From the NCBI GenBank assembly GCA_965112155.1, contig OZ218109.1: a DNA stretch of 64,000 nt; one strand, written 5' to 3'. Position 1 is the stretch's first letter. Every line of letters starts with the position of its first letter. This document shows, in pieces, positions 24,006-36,717 of this stretch. Made by a program: the position numbers and the translations under genes. A model generated the notes under the pieces. That model saw only the letters and a program-made list of their open reading frames with translations. It had not been told where the DNA came from and made no database searches. This DNA comes from Podarcis liolepis (Eukaryota).

Positions 24006-24303
24006 CATTCATCTGGCCACATCTCTGGCATTGGTGCATTCTGTTAACATTATCAGGCCTCTAGGCAGTCAAAATCTTGGGGGGGGGGAGGCCTTCACAA
24101 ATTATCTCCTAATACTTCCGAATATTCTAACTAGAAGCTGGAGTTGGCGGAAACTCACACTAACTCACAGAAAGCTTCGTATCTGGAGGTTTCTCGTGTG
24201 CGCACTCTAGCGGGATAACATTGAACTAAGAAAGCTTGGTTGTAATTTTCTTTCAAGATCAATATTATTTGATCTGTTGCTGTGGGGCCCCTAAAAGGTG
24301 TGG

Positions 24304-24770
24304 TGACAGGCTTCAGGGAATTGGCTTCCTCCCCCATGGTAGTAGATAAGCAGAACAAAGGAAAAGGAGCCTTCTTACCAGTTAGAAACTTTTATAACCA
24401 CAGCAAGAGAACAAAGAACACATCTAGAAATGGCAGTGCTCCCCGTTAAGGAACCCACATCCTGCCGTCCCTATTAGTCTATGTCACTTCTACGTCTTGT
24501 AATCTGTGCTTTCTGTGCTCTCCATGACTTTGGAGAAGGGGGGATGAATGCTTTCCGGAGACTGTGAATCTGTTAACCCTCTCTGTCCCAGTGCTTCTTC
24601 TCCCATCCAGTATTTCCCAGCTTCTGTCTTCTGAACTATGTCCCTCTGCAAACCAATGTTCCAAATCTATACTGCCCTCCTGCTCCTGGAAGATTCAGGA
24701 GCAGGAGCAGGGGAAGGGGGTGGCTCCCACCATTCCTCCTCAGTGCAGCCCTCCTGGTGCCCATAAGTCA
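24304..24770 (-). mobile_element. Gypsy-like solo LTR (family A), uninterrupted copy
   Basis: The reverse complement aligns with 1617-1915, 2472-2515 and 3458-3597. Confidence 0.75.
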
Positions 24771-25234
24771 GTGCCTACTCAGGCGCTGTTATCATGTACC
24801 TTTTTTGGGTGGTGCATTTCCTCTTTGCTGATGCTACCTAAGTTTGCATCCTCATGGCACTGGAAGAGGCCATTCTCTCCTTGACAACAGTAACTATGTT
24901 GGGTGTTTTCTCACCCCAACATGTTGGCGTAACGACTGTGCTTCCAGTCCTAAAGTCTAGGGCAAACTATAGTCTACTGGCCTCCCGGAGGATCTCCACA
25001 AGCAACGCCATGATGAATTAACCCATACAGACCCAAATGTTGGGAGATAAGAGTGAGAGAGGGTGCATTAGACAAAGGCCTGGGCTCTGCACGCCCTTGC
25101 CCTGAGCCACAGTCATAGCATGAGCAGCAGAAACAGTCTTATGAATAGCATTTAACTTGAATTTGTAGCAAACTGCTGCTTTTATCATAAACAATTGCCA
25201 GATGGTATAACATTATCTTTCCTCTTCCCCCTCT

Positions 25235-25821
25235 NNNNNNNNNNNNNNNNNNNNNNNNNNNNNNNNNNNNNNNNNNNNNNNNNNNNNNNNNNNNNNNNNN
25301 NNNNNNNNNNNNNNNNNNNNNNNNNNNNNNNNNNNNNNNNNNNNNNNNNNNNNNNNNNNNNNNNNNNNNNNNNNNNNNNNNNNNNNNNNNNNNNNNNNNN
25401 NNNNNNNNNNNNNNNNNNNNNNNNNNNNNNTCTCTTGCCCTCTCACATCTCGNNNNNNNNNNNNNNNNNNNNNNNNNNNNNNNNNNNNNNNNNNNNNNNN
25501 NNNNNNNNNNNNNNNNNNNNNNNNNNNNNNNNNNNNNNNNNNNNNNNNNNNNNNNNNNNNNNNNNNNNNNNNNNNNNNNNNNNNNNNNNNNNNNNNNNNN
25601 NNNNNNNNNNNNNNNNNNNNNNNNNNNNNNNNNNNNNNNNNNNNNNNNNNNNNNNNNNNNNNNNNNNNNNNNNNNNNNNNNNNNNNNNNNNNNNNNNNNN
25701 NNNNNNNNNNNNNNNNNNNNNNNNNNNNNNNNNNNNNNNNNNNNNNNNNNNNNNNNNNNNNNNNNNNNNNNNNNNNNNNNNNNNNNNNNNNNNNNNNNNN
25801 NNNNNNNNNNNNNNNNNNNNN
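25235..25821. other. Two assembly gaps separated by a 22-nt CT-rich island
   Basis: N runs at 25235-25430 and 25453-25821. Confidence 0.95.
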
Positions 25822-26877
25822 NCAGAGGATGAGGCTGGATGTACTTTACTAAGTGATCCTAGAAATTCCCCCACCCCATATTCCCCCCTCCGCCACCTTC
25901 CTGATGTAATGGAACTCTATAGGTCTGCAACATCAAAGTTCTGATGACACAAAGAAATTACAGGTGACTTTTTCTTTCTTTTCTCCAAATTCGCAAACGC
26001 ACGTACGCGCAGGCAAGTTTAAAGCAGCTCAAGCAAAGTCAGCTGGCTGGTGATGATGGCACAAGATTGTAAACGTTGGCAGAGCTCCAGGGGGTATTTA
26101 TCTGCACTTAGGAAGTACAAACTCGGAAAGTTAACTGTGGGAAAATGTTATGCTTCTAAAGACATTTTTAATTACTAGGAATTGCCCGTTGCATGTCTCT
26201 TTCTCTGTGTGGAGAATCGAAGGGAAGAGGTGGGGGTGGAAGGAGGGAGAAGAGAAATAAGGCGGAGGGGGACGAAAACTCAGCACAGACATTGCCGGGT
26301 CTTCTGTTCCCAGACCAGACAATAGCAGAATGAAACCAACATGCTTCTAGAACATGGGAACATTGGAAGCTGCCTTGTGCCAAGTCAGACTATTGGTCCA
26401 TGTAGCTCTGTGTTGACTACTCTGACTGGCAACACCTCTCTGAGGTTTCAGGATTTACCCACCCTTACCTATAGACACCAGGAATTGAACCTAGGGATTT
26501 CTATGTGCAAGGCTGATGGACTCCTACTTAGATGTGGTCCTTTCCCAGAGATTTCATGGAAGAGATTGGAAAGGTGAACAAATATTTAAGCCAGGAAAAT
26601 ATTATGTTCCATTATTAACATGATTGGGGTTTTAAGAAGTACATGAGTACTTCTACAAACTGATCAGAACAAGTAGGATCGGGCCCTTTTCAGAGAATCC
26701 TACATGCTGTTATTCCTAGTAGCTCCAGCATTGTAATATCTCCCCCCCCCAATGGATTAAAGGGGTAGCTGCTGCAGAAATAGTAATGAGATTTAACCTC
26801 CCTGCAATCCTGAACCACAACCTCTGTCTAGCTCAGTATGGTCTGAATGGCAGATACCCAATGTGGTACCTACCAGG

Positions 26878-27366
26878 CAGTGCTGGATTTGCGTATAAGC
26901 TTAATAAGCTATAGCTTAGGGCCTCACTCTCTTGGGGCCCCCCAAAAAAATTAAAGGAAAAAAACCTGGATGTACATTTCCAAAATATAAGATAAAAAAC
27001 AAATAAAATAAAACCTACATACAGCAATAGTGTTGTGTAGGCTCCTATGATGTAAGTATTGGGGGCCCCAATCATTTTAAGTTATAGCTTAATAATTATT
27101 TCACTATTAATAGACTTCTTTTTAATTTTATTTCACTATTAATATACTTCTTAATTATATTTCAGTTCAACAATTACTTTGGTAAAATACATATTTTGTT
27201 ATGTGCAAATGGCTTTAGATGCCTATTAGGTCCATAAATTATCATATAGCATATGTTCAACACAAAAAAACTGTGACAATTTTTGTTGACAAAGGACAGC
27301 TGGACAGATAAAGGGCCCCATTACCTTCAGTAGCTTAGAGCCTCATCAAACCTAAATCTGGCCCTG
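26878..27366. mobile_element. Non-autonomous hAT transposon (489 bp)
   Basis: TIRs CAGTGCTGGATTT / AAATCTGGCCCTG and an exact 8-bp TSD CTACCAGG (26870-26877, 27367-27374). Confidence 0.9.
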
Positions 27367-28484
27367 CTACCAGGTGTTGTTCCCATCAGCCCTAGTCAGT
27401 TTAGGCAATGGTCTGGAATGATGGGACCTGCAGTCCACAACATCTTGAGGACATGGTGTTGACTACCCTGATCTACACAGATTGAAAATGGCTCTCCAAG
27501 TTTGTAGACAGATGTCTTTCCCAGCCTTTGGCGGAGTTGCCAGGGATTGAAACCTGGGATCTTTTGTATTCAGAGCAAGTGCTCCACCACTGAGCTTCAT
27601 ATCCTCTTAAGCTGCTGGTCATGGAATTTTCTCTCACTTTGAATCAAATAAGCTGAGCACTCCAACCCAGATTGCATAACTTTGGGGTGGCCAGGAATGG
27701 AGAACAAGTCAAATAAAGCTTTCTAAAATAATGAAACTGAGTAGGGTGGGAAGAGGTAACTTTGCTGTCCCCCCTTTTGTTGGCTCTGATTAACCGTTCC
27801 CAACATGTTAAGATAATTCTACACACTCTTAAATGATAAGTTACAGTCTAAAGTCCTTAGGTGAACAATCATTTTTTTATTCTTGCCTTTGACAGAGTCC
27901 TGACAATTGATATTCACAAGTTTGCAATTATTGCCTTGCTCTGCTTCAGCTCAGTTGTTTTTTGTTTTTGTTTTTTTGGCATAGCAAGGCTTAATTATTT
28001 GCACAAAGCCTCCCAAACAAATGGATGACACATCAGGCTCGGTGCCACATGGCGCCATGCGCTCACTTGGTGTGGGATCTGCACCTCACTCTGCCATCCA
28101 GTCTCCAGCTAAGGTTCCAGCACTTCACAACCAAAACCTGAACATAAAGGCTAAAATAGTATGTGGGAAATGTAATCTTATCTCTGGATGCAAAGCCAGC
28201 TCCCAAATTTCAATCAGACACTCATGTCACTCAAGTACAGATTGTGGTGACATCAGAAAAATATTGGAGCGGAGGATTCAGAAGAGGGAAAGCACATTTA
28301 GTGGGGTGTAAGTCTTTTTCCCACATTTTAGATTTCTAGGAAAAGAAATAACAGTGCATTTCAAATTAATACTTCAACTCTAAATAATTTTAAGCTGATA
28401 TTAGCCCAATTTATTTTGATTGTGTTCACTTTTTCAAAGTGCTTAGGATTCCACCCTTATTTTAAATTTCCTGTTTGGGATTCT

Positions 28485-28485
28485 A

Positions 28486-28542
<57 letters not shown>
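28485..28542. repeat. Compound (TA)n(CA)n microsatellite abutting a MITE
   Basis: Read directly from the sequence. Confidence 0.9.
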
Positions 28543-28543
<1 letters not shown>

Positions 28544-28960
28544 CATATTTTCCCATGTATAACATGCCCCCATGTATAAGATGCCCCCTATTTTAGGGGA
28601 CTCAAAATTAAGAAAATGCTCAGAGTTGTTTTTGTTTGGGGAGGGTTGTTGAGCATTTTGGGGGGGAGGGATTGATGAAAATCGCTCACCTGTATGAACA
28701 TTGCAATGGCTGCTTATCGTCTGTACCCTCGCCGGCAGAAGCCACCAATCACCTGCCCAATTTACACCGAAACAGCCAATCAACAACAGCCCTTGCCGCA
28801 GCCACCAATAACATGCCCAATAGCCAATGACAATCTCAGGCTCACGGCAGCAGCCAATCACACGTCCCTCCTATGCACTATCCGTGTATAAGACAGCCTC
28901 ATATTTTTTACCTTATTTTATAATTAAAAATAGCCTCGTCTTATACACAGCAAAGTACGG
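28543..28960. mobile_element. Tc2/pogo-type MITE
   Basis: Termini CCATATTTTCCCATGTATAA / TTATACACAGCAAAGTACGG followed by TA; interior of repeated GCCAAT/CACCAAT units. Confidence 0.75.
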
Positions 28961-29335
28961 TATATGGGGAAAGTGCCCTTCAAGTACTAATGTAAATCCA
29001 ACAATGAAGTTGTAAGGGGAATGGAGCTCCTTACTGGGGAAGTGTACTGAGCCCCTCACCCAATCAGGCATTTATGTATGCAGAGAATAAGAATCATAGC
29101 TAGAAGGGACCTTGGAGATCCCAGAACTCCATTCAGAAGACATAAAACCAGCAAGTCCTGTATTCTATGCAAGGATGTTGGGGTGTGCAGGAACACCTGA
29201 AAGCACCATTTGTGAATATTGGCACATCTATTTATTTTTGTTTTTATTTATTTATTGAATTTATATACCACCCTAGACCCTGAGGGTTGTCCACATTGCT
29301 ATTGCAATTTGCGTCTTAGTAGCAAACCAGAAAGC

Positions 29336-29337
<2 letters not shown>

Positions 29338-29380
<43 letters not shown>
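29338..29380. repeat. (GT)n microsatellite
   Basis: Read directly from the sequence. Confidence 0.95.
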
Positions 29381-29381
<1 letters not shown>

Positions 29382-30191
29382 GACCGGGACCTTTACAGAG
29401 TTAATGTCAATGTTTAAACATATTAAAGTGATGTTCTTGCTTCTTTGCCCCAGCTTTGCTAAGGGTGTCGTTTCTCTTTTCCTGTCTCTTTACTAATTTA
29501 CATAAATGCAGTTGTTTCTTTGTGGTAGGCACATCTCCAGAGCTTCATGTGGCTCATGAAAAATTAATCCGAGATCCATTATTATTTGTGCACTATGTTA
29601 ATAATGGATTAGATGTGCAAACAGCCTGGCTGTGGATGGAATAGGTGGGCACACTTTGGCTAGACCAGTCAAAGCTGCTGCTGCTGCTGAGACTACCCTT
29701 TTATAACATGTAAAGACTCTAATGCTTATTGGTTTGCTCTTTTACCGGGGGCAGAGGAAGAGGACTTGGTGCATAAAGCAGTTGCATCCAAGAGGTACCC
29801 ATCAAATGTGTTAGCGGGGATATATTTTGAGTATTGATCAAAACACTCTCCCCTGGTGCATGGATGATTAATTCACTATTAACTCCTAAGCTATGACTAA
29901 ACCGAAGAATACATTTTAATAAGTGGCAGTACTTCCTCTAAAGTGCAGGCTGTAATATAATGCTCAATATCAGTCAAGCTGCCTGGAGCACTGTGTATTT
30001 ATGTCTTCTATATGCACGGACAGGAAGTTCGTCCTAATATTTAGGCCATTAAAAATTATTTCTTCATTTGCCACGAGTTCTTCTGCTTGGGGTGTGAGAT
30101 TACTCAACGCTTTGATTGGGGTATTGTTTAGGCTCAGAATGGCCTCAGAGCCCACCATACCCTCTAATATTCACAGAAGGGGTTCTAGTGA

Positions 30192-30299
30192 GTCCGGACA
30201 GCTCAGTTGGCTAGAGCATGGTGTTGATAACGCCAAGGTTGCAGGTTCAATCCCTGTATGGGACAACTGCATATTCCCGCTCTACGATTCTGTGATTCT
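30192..30299 (+). mobile_element. tRNA-Ile-derived SINE with CR1 tail (POMSINE-like), internally deleted
   Basis: AGCTCAGTTGGCTAGAGCATGGTGTTGATAACGCCAAGGTTGCAGGTTCAATCCCTGTATGGGACA resembles tRNA-Ile; it ends in TCTACGATTCTGTGATTCT (CR1 terminal repeat). Confidence 0.8.
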
Positions 30300-31268
30300 T
30301 CTCATCATAGGCTATCCAGATTTAGCAGCTATTATGTTTCTTTGCCCCCCTTTCCATTACAGAAGCCCTCGCAATTCTGTTCCTCTATTCACAGAGACAG
30401 TTTGGTTTGATTTTGCCCTCATCTAGGACATGTCTACTTCATAAACATGCCTAGGATTTCACTGCATACTTTTTATAACCCTTATCAGCTTTTAGATTAA
30501 TTTCTAAATTTGTGTTTAGCTTCATCTTGTGCTTTTATGCTGAATTTTGCTTCTATTGTTTATTGCATTTAAAGGTGCGTTATTCCTTGCTGCACTTTGT
30601 TACAGCCCAGCCTAGAAATAGTGTTACTGATTAAAATATATAAATTAGAACAACACACTATTTTTTTCCTGCTCAAAGGGCAATGAAGAAAATTTCTAAA
30701 TATTAAAGAAACCTTCTTCCTGTATAGAGAACACCAGAATTCAATCCATCAAATGATCATGCTATGGCTTTAATTAAACCAACAGATTTGTCACTTGATC
30801 TCTTATTATCTTTAATTTAAAAATGCACCTCTCTTGAACTAATAAGTCATCAAGTGGTCGTAATAATTTCCCCTCTAATGCTGCTCAATGACCTCCATTT
30901 TGAAAGTGAAGAGTAAATGTTATATATGTTACCCAATGGTCAGATTGATATGAGTTTTGTGATGCAATGTCATCTGGAGAGAACAATATTCTTGTTCCTA
31001 GAGTTGAAGTAGGATAACACTTGTTATCTCCCTTTCCCTAAAGTAAATGTGTTAGGTCATCCCAACCCAGGGAAGGGAACTATTATGCCTTAAATAACCT
31101 GGCTATGCAGGCTCTGCAGAGATAAACTCTGCATCTCTCTCTTGCCATTAATGAACAACAATTGAGGTCACAACTTTACTTGACGTGTTGGTGGGAGATC
31201 TGTGATTAGATCTCCACAGGAGCAATTCAGATCAGGACTGTGGTTGCTTGAGAAGGGGGAGTTAACTC

Positions 31269-31302
<34 letters not shown>

Positions 31303-31524
31303 ATTTTCTGTGCTGAGGTCCTGATCCGAATCTCACCACCACCTGCAAATGCAATTGCAGTCTAAATAACCCACTGTGAATGAAATCATGGATCTCTTAT
31401 CATCTCGTCTAGTTGTATCCTGAGTTGAAAGTAAGTGAAAACAAGGAGTCAAAAAATCTCCACACATCCATACAGCAGTTGTGTATACAAATGAGTCCCT
31501 TCTGTTGTGCACACCTAAGCAGTG

Positions 31525-31765
31525 GGTAGAGTTAAGTGGTGTCTGGTGACCAGGCAGAGAGCCTCCTCAGTTGGGGTGCCCACCCTGTGGAACACCCTCC
31601 CATCAGATGTTAAGGAGATAAATAAATATACAACTTTTAGAAGACATCTGAAGGAAGCACTATGTAGCAATTTTTTTTCATGTTTGATGTTTTATATTGT
31701 GTTCTTATATCTGCTGGAAGTTTCCCAGAGTGGCTGAGGCAACCCAGTCAGATGGGTGGGGTACT
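31525..31765 (+). mobile_element. L2 LINE 3' end
   Basis: RQRASSVGVPTLWNTLPSDVKEI..FRRHLK followed by a typical L2 3'UTR. Confidence 0.8.
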
Positions 31766-32959
31766 ACTACAACTTATTATTATTCACAGGGCAGTAGGCA
31801 GTGAAGCCAACAGTAGGTGGAACCGAAGTCACCTAGGATTCCCATACATCCGGACATAGCTAGGAACTGGCCGTCCTTAACAGCTCAAAAAACTGAGATT
31901 TTGCAACCCTACCAATGGCAGTCCGAGTCTGTTTTCCCTCCACCCTTCTCCCTGTTGAGTTTTACTAAGGAGCAGGCAGCTGACAGCCAGTTCCATCTCC
32001 TCAAAAAGCTGTAGCTGAGCTTGGTTAAAATAAGGACTTGGTATAAGGTAGCTTCCCATGTTTCTTAGAATGTTTCTTCCAATGTTTCTTAGAATACCTC
32101 CAAGCAAGTGAAACAATGGATCTACTGATCTCCCTTTTAGAGGGCCCTATTAATAAAAGGTTTTGGAACAATTATCCTAATAAGAGCTAGCGATGACATT
32201 ATTAAGAACCAATTACCCTATCTTGTCTTTATATCTATAAATTAAAGCCTCGGCTTGCCTTTGTCTTACACTCTACCATGGCCAATTGTTTAGCAATTGA
32301 CCTCTGTCCTCATCTTAACTTATTCTATGCCATGACCTTTCAAGAAGTGTGTTCTGAAGAGGATGAGTCATGGCAACATGTCTCTAATAATATGGCCGTG
32401 GGGCCAGATTTTCTAAACAGAACAGATGTAGATGCCTAAATTGTATTGTTAAGGTCCTGAGGTTTATGGCAAATCTTGACACTTTTGGTCCTTCGATGGT
32501 AAGCGGGGAGGTAAATACCATGGAATCCTTGACTTTTCTGGGTAAAATAGCAAAGGGTCATCCACCTTGGAACTTTGGAGAAGTCATTAAAATCATTGCT
32601 TTGATTAACCTGGGGTGGTTACTGAAAAGGGAAGTAAAAAATGCTTAGAAGATTATTAAATCGTTGCTGTAGTGTATATCCTGATTCAGTGGCTGAAACA
32701 ACTACAAGGCACTTTCAGGATGCCTGGGGTGAAGGAATGGAAACAATGAAGTTGGTGGGGTGAGTTTCAGGGTTCTAGTGTTATGGCGTTGGCTTGGACA
32801 ACAGACCAACACATTTTTGTTGATTGATTGTGTGCAAAAAAGGGAAAATATCTAGCTCATGGAAATCTCTCAATCCTTTCTTTGAGTTCCTGGCAAACAA
32901 TGATCTCCCACCCTCAACAGCATCAAGACATATTTCATAGGCACATCCAGCTTTATAAC

Positions 32960-33062
32960 ATCAAGGCTTTTGACAAATTCCCCTGCAATATTTTTGTGGA
33001 GAAGCTGGTAACATGTGGGCTGGATGAGGAAACTATCAGGTGGATTTGAAGCTGGTTGATGG
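32960..33062 (+). mobile_element. CR1 reverse transcriptase fragment
   Basis: KAFDKFPCNIFVEKLVTCGLDEETIRWI*SWL matches the CR1 RT segment KAFDKVPH..L..KL...G.D...RWI..WL. Confidence 0.75.
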
Positions 33063-34263
33063 AACCCAAAGCCTGCTCACTTTTGTACATGAAAAAGGAC
33101 ACCTTGTCCTTTTCCTCAACCAGGAAAATGGCTAGGACCTCCCCTGTCCACAACATCTAAAGAGGGAGCCCAACCTGAAGACCATAGAGTCCAGACTCTA
33201 AAATTTCCTACCGGTAAATATAGCACTAAAGGGCTTGCTCTTGCACAGAAAATAAAACAAATGCCCTCATTTCTCCCACTCAATCCAGAACCCTGTGTGG
33301 TTCTGCAATGCCTAACTGTGTCCATGGATTTCCGAATGCATTTCAGTTGATGGTACAATGCTGGTTTACTCCTCTTTGTGAGTGCTAATCTCCCTATTCC
33401 ATCAACAGTGAAATGTTGTGCATTTTTAATCAGAAGTTAGTCCCACTGTGCTCAGTGGAGCTTGCTCCCAGCACAGTTTACATAGAATTGTTTATTTATT
33501 TTGATTACTTGCATAGCACCCTTTGCACAAGCCACAAGGTGGTTAGCAGCAAAATCAAGCAAGGTGGGGGTTTTTTAAGGCAGGACAAAAATAGACTAAC
33601 ACAACCCATAACATTTAAAAACAACAACTCAAAAAACATGATGCAGCAACCTATAACAATTTACGTGGCAAGATGGGATGAAGGCAATATAAGTATAAGA
33701 GAAAGTACTAGCATTAAGATAGAGAATAGGAGAACATAACAAATACTATGTTTCTGCCCTCAGATCTAAGCTTCTGTAGCAGATTTAACACGATGTTCCA
33801 TTATGTGAAAGGCTGCTTTTTAAAAAGATCTAAAAATTGTTAATTTTGACTGTCAATTACCACCAGAGCAGTTGCTGTTTGGTGAAAACCGACAAATACA
33901 TTTTTAAAAATGAGAGTGTAATATTTTAAAGCTTTTTCAGGCACCTTCCCAGCCTTTGAAGACCTGGGTTGAGGGATTTAGACAGAGTGCCTTTCTTCAT
34001 AACCTTAAATTTTAAATAATACTATCAGGGGTTTGTTTGGTTTTGTTTATAAATATATAAAAACAGTATATAATCTCAGTATAAATGGTGAGCATTTAAG
34101 GTCCCCAACCCTAGTCTGCGGGTTGCCATCTGATTGGATTTTATTCTGATCCTGATCTGATTTTAGGATGTATTTTAATTGATTGCCTGATTTTATGTTA
34201 ATGTGTTACACATTTGATGTTAGCCGCTCTGAGCCAGGGAGGGCAGGGTATAAATAAAAATTA

Positions 34264-34264
34264 T

Positions 34265-34306
<42 letters not shown>
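34264..34306. repeat. (TAC)n microsatellite at the end of an L2-like tail
   Basis: Read directly; preceded by GGGCAGGGTATAAATAAA. Confidence 0.9.
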
Positions 34307-35586
34307 AGGAGAGTGGTAATGCAAAGTAGACTTAATTGTTTTGTTGTGTAATTTCAATTATGAATGTTTATATTTTATTGTTTTTGTAATTAGTTTATAT
34401 ACTTGTAAACTGCTTAGCAGCCTATTTTGATATTAAGCAATATGTACATACATACATACATAATCTGACTTAACAATTTTTTTAGGTTTCAAGATTTTCA
34501 TCAACCATTCTTCCTTTCCTTTGTTCTCTCCACCTTCCATTTCTGTGCATAGAAAATCCTTGCCACTGTAGTCACATACATAAATACCATTGAGGGAAAG
34601 ATTGTGGGATAAGCCACGAAGTACAAACAATACGTGGGAATAGCTTTCACGTGAAGCAATTCAAAGCATGTTACATGTGCTGGCTGTAATGTGTAAATCA
34701 GCCTTTCAGAACGAAAGGCTACTGTTTTACCCATAACTCATTCGTCCAAGTGGTAACTGGAAATGCATTAATTGAAAATGATAAATAAGTGGAAGGGCCC
34801 TTTATTCATTCAGCGATAAAACTAAAGCCATGATTTTCTTTAATCTCTCCCACTATTTATGTGAGTTTAGTAGCATGTTGAGAGTTGGTAGGCTAACAGA
34901 GGCACATTTATCCTTTGGTATTTCAGCTGCTTGCAAGGCCAAAGTACTTCATCCCAGTATAAATGTTGTTTTTTTTTAAAAAAATAATCATATTTCTCAA
35001 CTCTTGTTTAAAAGGATAGTGTGACTTGTGGATTTAATGCGCTTATTCTTTTTCCTGTGCCTCCTTCTACAAAGCTCACATTTGTAGGGACCTACAGAAG
35101 CCTATCTCCCAACTAAATCCTCGCCCCCTAACCACCCCGCTCCACCTTAGAAAGGAGCATTCCCATTTGTCAGAAATAATGATGAAAATCTCATTCCTCC
35201 AAGAACGTTGCTGAAACTTAAGCCCTTATTAAGGTCCTCATGGAGAGAGTGAGGCCCACTGAGGCCCACGCCATCACATCTCTCTAAACCAGCCTTTCTG
35301 CAGTCCACATGCTGGTGGAGAAGATAGGAAGCAGGGAGCCTACTCCAAACGTGTAGGCTCCCCAAGTGATTCACACCATCCATTTTAAGTGGTATGATAG
35401 TAATTTAAACCAGTCGTTCCCTCCCCCAATGAATTCTGGGAGCTGCAGTTTAAGGGTGCTGAGAGCTATTAGAAATCCCCTATTCTCCTCCCAGAGTTCC
35501 CTGTGAAGTGTGGTTCATTGTTAAACAACCTTGAGTACTGTGCTGATGGAGCACTGCTATAGCACTACATTGAATTCTTCTCTTTA

Positions 35587-35651
<65 letters not shown>
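35587..35651. repeat. (TG)n(TA)n microsatellite
   Basis: Read directly from the sequence. Confidence 0.95.
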
Positions 35652-35653
<2 letters not shown>

Positions 35654-35882
35654 TGATTTGGGCCCCTAAGCCCAACTCAGAGTAAACCCCATACCTAAGT
35701 TAATCATGTCCATTAACTTCAGTGGGTATATTCTGAGTCAGACTAGCATTGAACACAACCCTTTATTTGATGATGATGATTATCATCATTATTTCAGCTT
35801 GTTTTTAAACACCTGGTTTTATCAGCATTTTTATATTTTATGTAAATCAGTAAGTTTTGATGAGTATGTGGTGTATAAATTC

Positions 35883-35943
<61 letters not shown>
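35883..35943. repeat. (TGT)n microsatellite
   Basis: Read directly from the sequence. Confidence 0.95.
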
Positions 35944-35944
<1 letters not shown>

Positions 35945-36246
35945 TAAAGAGTTCCTATCAGTCACCTCCAGACTGTCAATGTTTTGTGAGAGAGGTTCAA
36001 GCACATTCTGGAACTTTCGGCTTGTATTCGGTGACGTAATAAGGCTAAGGTTCCCTTAGTGTGAGGATTTTCCTTGCACGATAGAACCTTCTCCCCACTC
36101 TCTCCCTCCAGCAAATATCTTCTGGGGTTTTCCTTCACTCTCTGGAATAGATTTGGGGATGGCACATTATACACATGGAAGACGGGAAACAGTGGGAGTG
36201 ATTCCCACTGTGCAATCAGGTATCCTTACACTGGGCCCCTCTAGCA

Positions 36247-36385
36247 CAGGGCTGTACAACTTCCGAGAGACTGTGATCTAATCCCACTTTTTTTTAGGGA
36301 GCCAGAGTTGTTGAGCTTTTTTCAGGGGGGGGGGCTGATTAGCTGACGATCCCAAGATCAACCAGGATCGACCACGGACATCCCG
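36247..36385. mobile_element. Small hAT MITE (139 bp)
   Basis: CAGGGCTGT.. / ..GGACATCCCG termini and an exact 8-bp TSD CTCTAGCA (36239-36246, 36386-36393). Confidence 0.8.
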
Positions 36386-36417
36386 CTCTAGCACAAGACA
36401 ATTGACTATGGCTCTTA

Positions 36418-36717
36418 GCTTGGGAAACACTTGCCTGCAAGCGCTCCAATTGGAGAACAGCCTTTACCAAAGGTGTCATGGGCTTTGAAGACACTCGAAC
36501 TCAGGACACAAGGGGAAAACATGCTAAGAGGGAGGCACACTTGGCAAATCCACACCGTGATCAACTCCTGCCCAGAAACCTATGTCCCCACTGTGGAAGG
36601 ACTTGTGGATCCAGAATTGGCCTCCACAGTCACTTATGGACTCACTTTTAAAACCGTGTTTATGGAAGACAATCTTTCTCAACTACGAGTGATCACCAAA
36701 GAAAGGAAGAAAGAAAG
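36418..36717 (+). mobile_element. RTE-clade LINE 3' end
   Basis: Encodes NLCPHCGRTCGSRIGLHSHLWTH (terminal C2H2 zinc finger), then a short 3'UTR and a GAAA-rich tail. Confidence 0.85.

Noticed and set aside
25195-25944. 249-aa and overlapping ORFs
   Set aside because: Artefacts of N runs.
30192-30265. tRNA-Ile gene
   Set aside because: The stems carry mismatches, there is no oligo-T terminator and it runs into a CR1-type tail, so it is a SINE head.
35706-36059. Poly-Cys and poly-Val ORFs
   Set aside because: Translations of a (TGT)n microsatellite.
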